Of a DNA stretch of 64,000 bases, positions 46,297 through 56,521 are shown piece after piece (position 1 is the first letter of the stretch; each line of letters opens with the position of its first letter). The DNA is from an uncultured Verrucomicrobiae bacterium (GTDB lineage Bacteria > Verrucomicrobiota > Verrucomicrobiia > Chthoniobacterales > Terrimicrobiaceae): contig CAVPOC010000006.1 of the NCBI GenBank assembly GCA_963706955.1, positions 224,001 through 288,000 on the forward strand, read 5' to 3'. A program made the translations under genes and the position numbers. The notes below the pieces were generated by a model that did not search any database, was not told where the DNA came from, and saw nothing but the letters and a program-made list of their open reading frames with translations.

Positions 46297-48116
46297 CTAA
46301 TTCGTTGGAGGCTCGTTGCGCGCGGGCACTTCCTCGCTAGGTGTCTCGGCCATGCTCACGGGAAGATCGACGATGAAGGTCGAGCCTTGACCAGCGGCGC
46401 TGGTCACTGAGATATCACCGCCCATCAACTGGCAAAACCTTCGACTGATAGCCAGACCGAGGCCGGTGCCACCATACTTCCGGGTGGTTGACGTATCGGT
46501 CTGGGAAAACGGCTGGAAAAGTTTGCCTTGTTGCTCAGGCGTCATGCCGATGCCCGTGTCCTTGATTGAGAATTGAATCCGCTCCGTCGAGTTGTCGGCA
46601 GCGCTATCCGCGTCGGCCGAAGAGAATTCTAGTCTTGATGCGCCGCACGGAGAGGGTGATGCGGCCTCTTTCGGTGAACTTGGTCGCGTTGCCAAGCAAA
46701 TTTAGAGCGTCTGGCGAATCTTCGGGAGATCAGCTCGGATCCGACCGCAATCGGGAGCGACATTGATTTCGAGCTTATTCGAATTCTTCTCGATGAGCGG
46801 CTGCATGGTTGTGGCCACCTCGCCGACGAGGCTGGCGACATCAATTTCCTCAACGAAGAGCGTCATTTTACCCGCCTCGATTTTCGACAGGTCGAGAATG
46901 TCGTTGATGAGCGAAAGCAGATGTTTCCCCGCGCGGCGGATCTTGTTCAGGTCGGAGCGTAAGCTCCTTGACATTCAAGTCCTCTGCTTCGTCGATCAGC
47001 ATCTCGCTGTAGCCTAAAATCGCGTTCATCGGCGTGCGCAATTCATGGCTCATGTTCGCGAGAAAAGTGCTCTTGGTCCGATTAGCTGCTTGCGCGGCAT
47101 CACGCGCCTCCACGGCTTCTTGACGACTCATCTCGGCATCTCCGAGTGCCTCGGAAAGCCGAGAGGCGAGCAGGAAAGAAACTACCAGAACGCCGAGGAG
47201 GATCACGCTTCCGATTCCGTAGAACTGCCAGATGATGGCGAAGGTTTCTTTGGAGACGTCTGGCAGATAAAGCGCGGCGATAACGTCGTAGTCCCACGGA
47301 ACGAAAGTTCTCAGCTTCACCAGCCAGCGGCGATCGATGGCTCTGTGCTGCTCTGCCGCAGAGACAATGGTCTCTATCTCAACGGGGTCGCGGACATTCT
47401 CCGTTCGAAAGATAATTCTATTCTCGTGATCCAGGAGGGCGAAGAATCCGTTGCTTAGGATGCTGCCCTCGTTCATAGCTTCATTGATCTCCGAGAGAGA
47501 CGCCAGCGGGAAGCCAACATAGAAAACCCCAATCGTGTCGCCGCTAGAGCTTCGGATCGGCTCATAGCCTGTGATGTAGGGTTGGCCGAGAATTTCGGCG
47601 ACGCCGAAATAACTTTCACCCTGGCGAGTGGCGGCGAAAGCGGCGCCGTTGGGATCAAGCACATTACCCACGGCGCGCGATCCGTCCGACCGCAAGAGGT
47701 TGGTCGTGATGCGAACGAAACTGTCGCCTTGCTTGACAAAGATCCCGGCCGTTCCTCCCATCAGCTCCTTGAGTTTATCAACGAGAGCGTTATCTTCCGC
47801 GACCGGCGCCGCTCCGAAATAGAGAACCGCTTCGGGAGAGCCACTCGAGTTTGACTGTCCACTCGAGATGAGGCTCCCCTTTTTCCCGGCCAAGCATCCT
47901 TAGAACGGCCATCGAGGAGTGAACGAGCTTCAGATAAGTCGAATCTGTTGTCCCGAGCACATCAATGACGTGATCGAGTTTCGCATCCATCTGTGTGCGC
48001 GCCTGGTCCAGAATATAGTCGGAGAGGCGACGAAATCCGATGTAACCGGCAAACCCCACCACGATGGTCACGAATAAGAACCAAAGAGCGACTTTTGTTC
48101 TCAGCGAGCTATGCAT
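46297..48116 (-). CDS. Membrane sensor histidine kinase with Cache_3/Cache_2-like domain (frameshifts)
   Basis: Two TMs; [20 protein letters not shown]...[39 protein letters not shown] and GGTGLGL motifs. Confidence 0.88.
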
Positions 48117-48228
48117 GTCCGTGCGGCAATGATCGGATCAATTGACCTCGCCCAGTGGCGAAAGATAAAAATCCGGTTGCGCGGAACAAGAAGAATCCGT
48201 AGTTAGAGTAGGTTGTTCTGCTACTCGT

Positions 48229-48588
48229 ATGGCCGCCTTTCAGACAACTGTTGAGGGAAGCGTCAAGATCCTTTCAATTTCCGGTCGCCTCGATCTCCAA
48301 AGCGGGGCGGACTTTCGCGACACGTTACGTTCTTTGACAGAGGACGATGAGTCGGTCGACCTGCTTGTTGATCTCGAGGGACTGGACTACATGGCCAGTG
48401 CAGGCTTTCGTGAACTGTTTCTTGCCGCGCGCAAGATCAGTCGACAAGGCGGGCGGCTGGCCGTCTGTTCACTCAGAGGCGAGGTCAAACGCGTCTTCGA
48501 GCTGGCCTGTTTCGATACGGCCTATCCCATTTTTGGCACACGGCGGGAAGCTCTGGAGTTTTTCGCGGGACCAAAGCCCGCTCGTTGA
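48229..48588 (+). CDS. STAS-domain anti-sigma factor antagonist
   Basis: SGRLD, VDLEGLDYMASAG (phosphorylatable Ser) and V..VFE motifs. Confidence 0.92.
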   Translation: MAAFQTTVEGSVKILSISGRLDLQSGADFRDTLRSLTEDDESVDLLVDLEGLDYMASAGFRELFLAARKISRQGGRLAVCSLRGEVKRVFELACFDTAYPIFGTRREALEFFAGPKPAR

Positions 48589-48620
48589 GTCGGCAGACGG
48601 CTTGCGAATTTATCCGGCGA

Positions 48621-49005
48621 ATGAATGTTCGGCTAGGCGTCGTGGGTGCCCATTTGCGCGGTCAACCACTGAACGCGGAGCTTCTTCATCTCGGAGCAAT
48701 TTTTGTCCAACAGACACGCACGGCGCCGCAATATCGGTTATTTGTTCTCTCCAGATACATCTCCGGCTAAACCTGGCATGATTCGATCTCAAAACGGCGG
48801 ATCGATCGAAATAGAGGTCTGGGAGCTCGACGCGATGGCGTTGGGAATGCTGCTCGCATCCGTGCCACCCCCGCTCGTCATCGGAAACGTCAAGCTCGCC
48901 AGCGGGGAATGGATCAAAGGATTTCTCTGTGAGGAAGTCGCCCTGAAGGATGCGCGTGAAATCACGAGCGTCGGTGGCTGGCGCGCCTACTTGGCTTCCA
49001 TCTAG
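48621..49005 (+). CDS. Allophanate hydrolase C-terminal domain as a separate gene (frameshift near 48750)
   Basis: VVGAHLRGQPLN...T.TAP.YRLF, then KPGM.R...IE.EVW...VPPPL.IG.V.L..G...GFLCE...IT..GGWRAYL. Confidence 0.85.
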
Positions 49006-49082
49006 CCCCTCTTCACTAAACGACTACCACGCCAAGCTGCCAGCCAAGGTCTAGAAAGACTAAGATTTTTTCAGGGGCCCCA

Positions 49083-49112
49083 TTGACAGTGTCCCCAGCA
49101 TTGCTCTAGAAT
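49083..49112 (+). promoter_or_regulatory. Candidate sigma70 promoter for the exporter operon
   Basis: TTGACA (49083-49088), 18-nt spacer, TAGAAT (49107-49112). Confidence 0.5.
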
Positions 49113-49320
49113 CGAAGCGTGATGAAAGGCGGCCAGTCCGTAGTGAACGGCCAGTCGCGGCTGTAAAAGGCAAATTGTAGATTATTGCATTCCGTGTCAC
49201 GGTTCCCTCCACGTGCCAACGACTTGGCGTCTCTATTCGCCGTTACTTACAGCTGGCGAGTTCGTGTCTCGACAGTCGACGTGTTCGTGAGTTTGGAGCA
49301 CAGAATAAGGGATCTGGCTC

Positions 49321-50103
49321 GTGAGCGGTTGTAGCAAAATGGGAGCGACTGAATCAATGGTGTCGCTGCAAAGATCGAGCAAGCCGGAAGCGTTTGCGCC
49401 AAGACCATTGCTCATCGGACGAGGATTGACCAAGGTGTATCGTAACGGTCCCTTTGAGGTGCGCGCGCTCGACGGTGTCGATATTGACCTCTATTCGGGA
49501 GAGATAGTGGTTTTCCTCGGCGAATCGGGAAGTGGGAAGTCGACGCTCCTCAATAGCCTTGGAGGTCTCGACGTGCCCACGTCCGGATTGTTGACCTATG
49601 GGAACCGCGAACTAACGAACGCTAGTGATGACGAGTTGACGAGCTTTCGACGTGATACGGTCGGGTTCATCTTTCAATCTTACAATCTAATTCCGAGTTT
49701 AACGGCTCGCGAAAATGTCGCTTTGACCAGCGAAATCACTCGCAACCCGATGGCTCCCGAAGAGGCGCTGACCCTGGTCGGCCTGGCCGATCGTATGGAC
49801 TTCTTTCCCTCACAGCTCTCCGGCGGACAACAGCAACGGGTGGCCATAGCTCGCGCGATTGCCAAGCGCCCACAAGTTCTGCTTTGTGATGAGCCAACCG
49901 GCGCGCTTGATCTGAGGACTAGCCTTAGTGTTCTCGACACCATCGAGCGAGCAAACCGACAGCTCGGGACCCTCACGGTTATCATCACACACAACGCGAT
50001 TTTGGGGGAAATGGCTGATCGCGTGATTCGTTTGACCGACGGACGCATCTCGACAGTCGAGCGAAATTATATGCCGCGCCCGGCGTATTCGTTGGAATGG
50101 TAA
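49321..50103 (+). CDS. ABC ATPase, LolD/MacB type (start may be ATG 49357)
   Basis: [26 protein letters not shown] and DEPTGALD motifs. Confidence 0.93.
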   Translation: MSGCSKMGATESMVSLQRSSKPEAFAPRPLLIGRGLTKVYRNGPFEVRALDGVDIDLYSGEIVVFLGESGSGKSTLLNSLGGLDVPTSGLLTYGNRELTNASDDELTSFRRDTVGFIFQSYNLIPSLTARENVALTSEITRNPMAPEEALTLVGLADRMDFFPSQLSGGQQQRVAIARAIAKRPQVLLCDEPTGALDLRTSLSVLDTIERANRQLGTLTVIITHNAILGEMADRVIRLTDGRISTVERNYMPRPAYSLEW

Positions 50104-50231
50104 TCTCCATCGTCAGGACATTATCGATCGCCGGGCAAGCTCTGGCTAAGAGGCAACTGCTGTCGTCTTATTTGATGTCGAGAGTCAAGCTCGGTTCTTC
50201 GCTTTGCACAGGGCCTTCCAACCGAGTTAAG

Positions 50232-52586
50232 ATGAGTTCCTTAGATCGCAAGCTGTTTCGGGATTTTGCAAAAACAAAGGGCCAGTCGCTGGCCGCGTGC
50301 CTGGTGATGGCCTGCGGTCTAGCTATGATGATCATGACGCGCAGCCTGGTTCTCTCCCTCGAATCGGCGCGCGCCGACTATTATGATGAATTTCGATTCG
50401 CCGAGGTCTTTTGTAACCTTAAACGCGCTCCGAACTCGGTGCGAGAAAGGTTCTCCGCGATTCCCGGCGTGGCATCTTTTCAGACGCAGGTAATCGGGAC
50501 GGCCAGGGTTGACCTGGCCGGCGTGAAAGAAATCGCCGCCGACGCCACGGTTATCTCCATTCCGGAGGTGCAGACACTCAATGAAATTTTTCTCCGGGCC
50601 GGGCGACTGCCAGTGGAGGGACACGAGGTAATTATAAGCGAACCATTCGCGACCGCACATTCGCTCACGCCGGGCGATTCCGTGGAGATAATTATGCGGG
50701 GCATCCGGCAGCGCTTGCAAATAGTCGGCATCGGCTTGTCGCCTGAGAACGTCTATGAAACGCGGCCCGGAGAGCCATTGCCCGATAGCAAGCGATTTGG
50801 GGTCTTTTGGATGAGGGAACGCGAACTCGCTGCGGTCTGCGGGCTGAATGGGGCATTTAATCGCATCAGCATCGATCTGGCACCTGGATCTAACGCCGAG
50901 CGTGTCATGGCGGAAGTGGATCGGGCGCTTTTGCCGTATGGCGGCTTGACGGCCTACGGACGTCGGAACCATTCCTCAGATAAGGCGCTGAATGGGGAAA
51001 TTCAGATTCTTAAGGGGCTGTCGATTGCCTTTCCCGTGGTGTTCCTTGGCATATCCACCCTCATGATTGCTGGTCTCATGGCCCGATCGGTGCAGGTTCA
51101 GCGTGAGCAAATCGCTCAACTAAAAGCGCTGGGCTACTCCGCTCTGCAATTGGGAGCGCATTATCTGAAGTTTGCGTTCGTGATCATCGCCTCAGGCTTG
51201 CTCATCGGCATTGTCAGCGGGATTTGGCTCGGCTCGGATGTCGTCTCGCTTTATCACAAGTTTTTCCGATTTCCTTCGCTTCCGTTTGCGGTGGACTACA
51301 CGACGATTGGCGTCGCGGTGGCGGTTGGTTTTGTATCGACCCTTTCTGGGGTAAGCGGTGTCGTCTACCGTGCAATCCGATTGCCTCCGGCTGCGGGCAT
51401 GCGGCCGCAGCCGCCGGCCAGCTTCGCTCCGTCGCTACTCGATCGAGCTGGATTTTACAGGCTGATGAGCCGTTCGGGACGTATGGCCATCCGAAATCTC
51501 GAGCGGCGACCTTGGCGTGCCTCGGTAACCAGCCTGGGCCTGGCCATGGCCGCAGGAATCCCGATCGTGCCGGCAGCATTGCGCGATGGCGTTAACTATC
51601 TCGCCGACTTCGAATGGACCTCTGCCCAGCGCCAGGATGTGACCGTCAACTTGGTTGAGCCAGGCTCAAGTTCAGCTTTTCATGACTTGCAGCGTCTTCC
51701 CGCGGTTGTCCAGGCAGAGCCTTATCGCAGCGTTCCGGTGCGCCTTCACTTTGGGCATCTTCGACAGCGAGTGACCCTGGTTGGAGCTTCTGAAGATGCG
51801 CAACTCACAAGAGTTTTCGATGGCCAAGGTCGCGCACTTGCTGTTCCCGCGGAAGGCTTGCTCATTTCCAAGAAATTGGCCGAACTCCTGGGGGCGAAGG
51901 TTGGTGACCACTTGCTGGTCGAATTTTTGGAAGGAGAGCGCGTCTCCCATGAGATTCCCATCAATGGCTTGATCTCGGATTACCGCGGCCTCAATGCCGT
52001 TATGAAGATCGATGCGCTCCGGCGTTTGCTGCTCGAAGGCGAGACGGTTAGCGGGGCTCATCTCAGAATCGATCACCTCGGTTGGTCAAACTTTCTTGAA
52101 AGCGTCAAGCGAGCACCTCGCATCGCCAGTCTCGGAATCAAATCGGCAATGCGTGAGAGCTTTCGCCGGTCCACGGTCGAATCGATTCAACTCATGCAGA
52201 ATATTTACTTCCTCTTCGCGGTGACGCTCGCTTTTGGCATTGTTTACACGAACTGCCGGATCTCCTTTTGGGAACAAAGCCGTGATTTGGCAACCCTTCG
52301 CATTACCGGCTTCACGCAGCGAGAGGTGGCAAACGTGATGATTGCCGAGTTGGCGGTGTTGACGCTTTTGGCGCTTCCCATGGGATTGTGGATTGGAGGC
52401 AAGCTGGCGGGACTTACCGTTCATGCTGCCAGTACCGAGTCCACCCGGCTCCCGCTGATTCTTTCTAATCAAAACTATCTCACGGCTGTGGCCCTGGTGG
52501 TGCTCTCCACAGCAATTTCCTTTCTCATCGTGCGAAGAGAGGTGGCTAAACTCGATCTGCTGGCGGTCTTGAGGACAAGTGAATAG
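50232..52586 (+). CDS. FtsX/MacB-like ABC permease (duplicated halves)
   Basis: LDRKLFRD start; REQIAQLKALGY and RDLATLRITGF motifs; multiple TMs. Confidence 0.9.
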   Translation: MSSLDRKLFRDFAKTKGQSLAACLVMACGLAMMIMTRSLVLSLESARADYYDEFRFAEVFCNLKRAPNSVRERFSAIPGVASFQTQVIGTARVDLAGVKEIAADATVISIPEVQTLNEIFLRAGRLPVEGHEVIISEPFATAHSLTPGDSVEIIMRGIRQRLQIVGIGLSPENVYETRPGEPLPDSKRFGVFWMRERELAAVCGLNGAFNRISIDLAPGSNAERVMAEVDRALLPYGGLTAYGRRNHSSDKALNGEIQILKGLSIAFPVVFLGISTLMIAGLMARSVQVQREQIAQLKALGYSALQLGAHYLKFAFVIIASGLLIGIVSGIWLGSDVVSLYHKFFRFPSLPFAVDYTTIGVAVAVGFVSTLSGVSGVVYRAIRLPPAAGMRPQPPASFAPSLLDRAGFYRLMSRSGRMAIRNLERRPWRASVTSLGLAMAAGIPIVPAALRDGVNYLADFEWTSAQRQDVTVNLVEPGSSSAFHDLQRLPAVVQAEPYRSVPVRLHFGHLRQRVTLVGASEDAQLTRVFDGQGRALAVPAEGLLISKKLAELLGAKVGDHLLVEFLEGERVSHEIPINGLISDYRGLNAVMKIDALRRLLLEGETVSGAHLRIDHLGWSNFLESVKRAPRIASLGIKSAMRESFRRSTVESIQLMQNIYFLFAVTLAFGIVYTNCRISFWEQSRDLATLRITGFTQREVANVMIAELAVLTLLALPMGLWIGGKLAGLTVHAASTESTRLPLILSNQNYLTAVALVVLSTAISFLIVRREVAKLDLLAVLRTSE

Positions 52587-53838
52587 TAAAGGTGCCCCTG
52601 AATTCCGGGCTGAAGTGCGCGGCTCGAGAAAGCCTTTCGCGCTTGCCAAGCTGGCAGCGATCGTCTTGGTCAGCGCGATTCTGGCGCTCGTTTTCAGCAG
52701 CCTTCTTACCAAACCAATGACTGTCGAAACAGACTTGGTCACCCGGGGCGCACTCGCCGTCACGGTCGTGGAAGAGGGAAGGACGCGCATTCGGAATCGC
52801 TACGTTGTCTCCGCAAACATTGCGGGCTTTCTGCAGCGCGTGCCCGTGCGGGCCGGAGATCCAGTCGTGGCGGGCCAAACTCTCCTCGCCACGGTCCGAG
52901 CCGCATCCGCGAGCTTTCTCGATCCGCGGGCACGTGCTCAGGCTGAGGCCGCTGTTCAATCGGCCAACGCGGTTTGCCTGCAGCGCAACGAGCAAGTAAA
53001 TAGCGCTGGCGCAGAATTGGATCTCGGTCAGCGAGAACTTGCTCGTGCGCGGAGGTTAAAGGAGACCGGTGCCATCGCCGTGCAGGCTCTCGAACTTGCG
53101 ATGAACCGGGTCGAAGTGCTCGAGGATCAGCTCGCCTCGGCCAAGTTCGCCTTGAAAGTCGCCGGATATGAGTTGGAACAAGCAAAGGCGGCTCTCGTCC
53201 ATGTCGAGGACGAGCGGGTCGACGCCGGCAGGCTTATCGAAATTCGCTCTCCGGTGACAGGATGCGTGCTCAACGTTTTCGAAGAGAGTGCGCGTGTGGT
53301 TGCTGCCGACACGCCGATTATGGAAGTAGGGAATCCAAGAGATCTCGAGGTGGAGGTGGAACTGCTCTCGACTGACGCCGTCAATGTGAAGCGCGGCGCG
53401 GACGTTTCCATCGTCCGATGGGGCGGAGACGTGCCGCTTCGCGGCAATGTCGTGCTGGTTGAACCCGGGGCCTTCCTCAAGGTCTCTGCGCTCGGAATCG
53501 AGGAACAACGCGTCAAAGTGAGAGTTAACCTTGTCGATCTGCCGGAGAGCGTCCTGGGGGATCGATACCGCGTCGAAGCTCGCATTACGACGTGGTCCAA
53601 TGAAGATGTGCTGCGGATCCCGAGCGCTGCACTGTTCCGTCGCGGCAAGGACTGGATGACGTTCACGGTGGAGAAGAATAGGGCGAAGCTGACGAGGGTT
53701 AGCATGGATCACAACAACGGCAATCTCGCCGAGGTGAAGAACGGGCTTGGCGAAGGTCAGCGTGTCATCCTTTATCCGGCAGATGCGATTGAGGATGGCG
53801 CTTCTGTAAGAATAGCGCTCGAATCCCAATCGAAGTAG
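52579..53838 (+). CDS. HlyD/RND periplasmic adaptor subunit
   Basis: N-terminal TM, lipoyl halves, coiled coil, KVSALGIEEQRV and IPSAALFR motifs. Confidence 0.9.
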   Translation: MNSKGAPEFRAEVRGSRKPFALAKLAAIVLVSAILALVFSSLLTKPMTVETDLVTRGALAVTVVEEGRTRIRNRYVVSANIAGFLQRVPVRAGDPVVAGQTLLATVRAASASFLDPRARAQAEAAVQSANAVCLQRNEQVNSAGAELDLGQRELARARRLKETGAIAVQALELAMNRVEVLEDQLASAKFALKVAGYELEQAKAALVHVEDERVDAGRLIEIRSPVTGCVLNVFEESARVVAADTPIMEVGNPRDLEVEVELLSTDAVNVKRGADVSIVRWGGDVPLRGNVVLVEPGAFLKVSALGIEEQRVKVRVNLVDLPESVLGDRYRVEARITTWSNEDVLRIPSAALFRRGKDWMTFTVEKNRAKLTRVSMDHNNGNLAEVKNGLGEGQRVILYPADAIEDGASVRIALESQSK

Positions 53839-53907
53839 AGCCCTTTCTCCGCTCGAGACGCGTTCCAGGTGCGCGACTCAGCAACGCAGTTGCAGACTGT
53901 CTTTTGG

Positions 53908-54933
53908 TCAGCGAGGCACTCGCTCCGGTTCGGCGCGGGGCGGTCGTCCCAATAGTTCCCACATTGCTTCGTGAGGAGGCTTGTTCAAGTAAAGGACGGC
54001 GTGCACCTCCGAAATGATGGGAGTTTCGACTCCGAGCCGTTGCGCGCATTGCCAGGCGCTGAGCGCGGTGGGAATGCCTTCGGCCACCATCTGCATCGAG
54101 GCTTGGATCTGAGCGGGTGACTCGCCGCGACCAAGGCGCTCGCCGACCTTGCGATTGCGACTGTGACGGCTGAAGCACGTGACCATCAAATCGCCAACTC
54201 CGCTCAATCCAAAAAATGTTTCCCTTCGTCCGCCAAGAGCCACACCCAAGCGCATCATTTCGGCCAATGCACGCGTGACCAGTCCTGCCTTGGCATTGTC
54301 CCCCATGTTAAAACCGTCCGAAACACCTGCGCTGATCGCAAAAACGTTCTTGAGCGCTCCACCGAGTTGGATTCCCGTCACATCGTCACTCGTGTAAGCT
54401 CGAAAAGTTGGCAGTGAGAAGGTCTTCTGGAGGGTTTCAAGCAACTCCGTCTCCCGGCAGCCGATTACTCCGGCGGCCGGAATGCGCTGCGCAACTTCTA
54501 CCGCATGGTTGGGTCCCGAAAGGACCGCGACCGGGTTTGCGGGCAAACATTCCTCCAGAATATCACTCATGAGCTTGCCAGTATCGTGCTCAATTCCCTT
54601 GGTGCAGCTCACGAAGACAGTCTCTGTTCCAGGCCCCAAAACTGCCAGCTTCATCGCGAGTTCACGGACTGCTTTCGAGGGAGTCACGATCACGGCAAGC
54701 TCCGCATCAAGGGTGTCTTCAAGGCTTGCAGTCGCATAGACGTTGGGAGGTAAGCGGACGCCGGGAAGGTAGGTTTCATTCGTGCGACGCGAGACCAGCT
54801 CTTCCGCGACCGAGGGATTGTGGGCCCACAGCCTAACCTGCGACCGATTCTCCGCGAGGAGCAAGGCGAGGGCTGTCCCCCAACTTCCCGCCCCAATGAC
54901 ACTAATCTTTTTGGGCATCTGAAATGCGGTCAA
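53908..54933 (-). CDS. gpsA: NAD(P)H-dependent glycerol-3-phosphate dehydrogenase
   Basis: GAGSWGTAL, TKGIE, LSGPNHA, ALKNV, GDLMVTC and SRNR motifs. Confidence 0.97.
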   Translation of the reverse strand: MTAFQMPKKISVIGAGSWGTALALLLAENRSQVRLWAHNPSVAEELVSRRTNETYLPGVRLPPNVYATASLEDTLDAELAVIVTPSKAVRELAMKLAVLGPGTETVFVSCTKGIEHDTGKLMSDILEECLPANPVAVLSGPNHAVEVAQRIPAAGVIGCRETELLETLQKTFSLPTFRAYTSDDVTGIQLGGALKNVFAISAGVSDGFNMGDNAKAGLVTRALAEMMRLGVALGGRRETFFGLSGVGDLMVTCFSRHSRNRKVGERLGRGESPAQIQASMQMVAEGIPTALSAWQCAQRLGVETPIISEVHAVLYLNKPPHEAMWELLGRPPRAEPERVPR

Positions 54934-55574
54934 GTTCCTGAGGAAGAAGCCCCTTTCTCGAATTTTTTCTCTGTTCCAGCAAGAAGCCGGTCGATGTTCG
55001 ACTTATGGCGCCAGACTGCCAGAGTGGTCATTGCAAATGCCACGGCAACCAGAAGCCAGTCACATCTTCCAAGGAGCGCGAGAACAAGACTCGAAACAGG
55101 AAGACTGATTGCCGCAAGAATTGAGGCGACTGAAACATAACGGGTAAGCTGGAAAGAGCCCACCCAGACTATGAGACCACACAAGAAAACCCAGATCGGG
55201 AATAACGCAATCATGATTCCGGCTGATGTCGCGATACCTTTGCCGCCTTTGAAAGCAAGCCAGACAGGGAAGTTATGCCCTAGGACGGCAAACACGGCCG
55301 CGAGAATGCCCGCCAACGTCACATGATCGGGAGCGAACTGCCGACTGAAGGCGTAGGCGAGAGTGACGCTCAGCCAGCCCTTGAAAATATCGGCGGCAAA
55401 AACGAGATAGCCCCACTTTTTGCCTAAAACTCGAAGGGCATTGGTTGCGCCGATGTTGCCGCTACCAACTTTTCGAAGGTCGACCCCGTTGACGCGTCCC
55501 ACTATATACCCGGTTGGTAACGAGCCGATTAAGTAGGCTCCAAGAGCCACGGCAAGAGCGAAGCTTAACGGCAT
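54930..55574 (-). CDS. plsY: Glycerol-3-phosphate acyltransferase PlsY
   Basis: GSGNIGATN, GHNFP...FKGGKGIAT and RHKSNI.RL..GTE motifs. Confidence 0.97.
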   Translation of the reverse strand: MPLSFALAVALGAYLIGSLPTGYIVGRVNGVDLRKVGSGNIGATNALRVLGKKWGYLVFAADIFKGWLSVTLAYAFSRQFAPDHVTLAGILAAVFAVLGHNFPVWLAFKGGKGIATSAGIMIALFPIWVFLCGLIVWVGSFQLTRYVSVASILAAISLPVSSLVLALLGRCDWLLVAVAFAMTTLAVWRHKSNIDRLLAGTEKKFEKGASSSGT

Positions 55575-55599
55575 AGCGAGGTCATCGAGATCTGGAAGA

Positions 55600-56166
55600 T
55601 TGCTCTCAACGAAAAATCATGCACCTTTTCTCATGAAAGTCGCGATCGCGATTAGCATTTTTTTCCAATTTTTCAGCATCACCATGAAAAGCGCCGTCGC
55701 TAAAGAGCTGCCTGAGGAGGTGACCGTCAGCCTGCTCGGCCCAGATAACGCCCCACTGCCACCGCAGAAGACCGCGACTGTAAAAAAGTCCAATGAAGAG
55801 TGGCTGAAGCAACTGGGTCCAGAAAGGTTTCGCATCCTCAGAACGGAGGGAACCGAGCAACCTTTCTGCGGTACCCTCTTGGACAACAAGAAGACGGGTG
55901 TCTACCTTTGTGCGGGTTGCGAACTGCCCTTGTTTTCATCGCGCGCAAAGTTCCACTCCGGTACAGGATGGCCCAGCTTCTTTACGCCGTTTGCCAGCGA
56001 GAATGTGGTCGAGATTCACGACCGAAGCCATGGAATGACCCGCACCGAAATTCGTTGTGCGCGTTGCGATGGTCACCTGGGACACGTATTTCCGGACGGT
56101 CCTGCGCCGACTGGGCTGCGTTACTGCCTGAATTCAGAGGCGCTCGTTTTTCTCGAGACGAAGTAG
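55600..56166 (+). CDS. msrB: Peptide-methionine (R)-sulfoxide reductase with N-terminal export signal
   Basis: GTEQPF, CAGC, KF.SGTGWPSF, CARCDGHLGHVF.DGP and RYCLNS motifs. Confidence 0.95.
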   Translation: MLSTKNHAPFLMKVAIAISIFFQFFSITMKSAVAKELPEEVTVSLLGPDNAPLPPQKTATVKKSNEEWLKQLGPERFRILRTEGTEQPFCGTLLDNKKTGVYLCAGCELPLFSSRAKFHSGTGWPSFFTPFASENVVEIHDRSHGMTRTEIRCARCDGHLGHVFPDGPAPTGLRYCLNSEALVFLETK

Positions 56167-56521
56167 CGAAGCCGAAATCTCGAAAAAAGCGTTTGCGCGA
56201 TGGCTTTCATCGCCTAACTTAATCGTTTCGTAACGAAACTTCTAAACCGAAGCCATTTCGGTGGCCTGAGGGAGTGAAGATAGGGGAATGAGATATACCT
56301 TGAAACTTGCCTGCCACGCGCCCTTTGCCGGGATGCCAGGTCGTCTTTTTCTCCTGTTCCGCTGGACCACTCGGGGAGTTGTCACCCTGAGTCGGATGCC
56401 GGTTTGTCCACCATAGGCTGGCGACGGCACTTCTTTTTTGTGCGCCTGGAAAGCATGCTTACTCCCGGCGCGTTGGATGCCTTCGTCTGAGAGGCTCAAT
56501 AAACGTTCGCAGACTTTCTTC

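Noticed and set aside
49113..49320. c-di-GMP-I riboswitch suggested by GGCAAA in the exporter leader
   Set aside because: Lacks the GAAA tetraloop hairpin and the downstream GCAAAG element.
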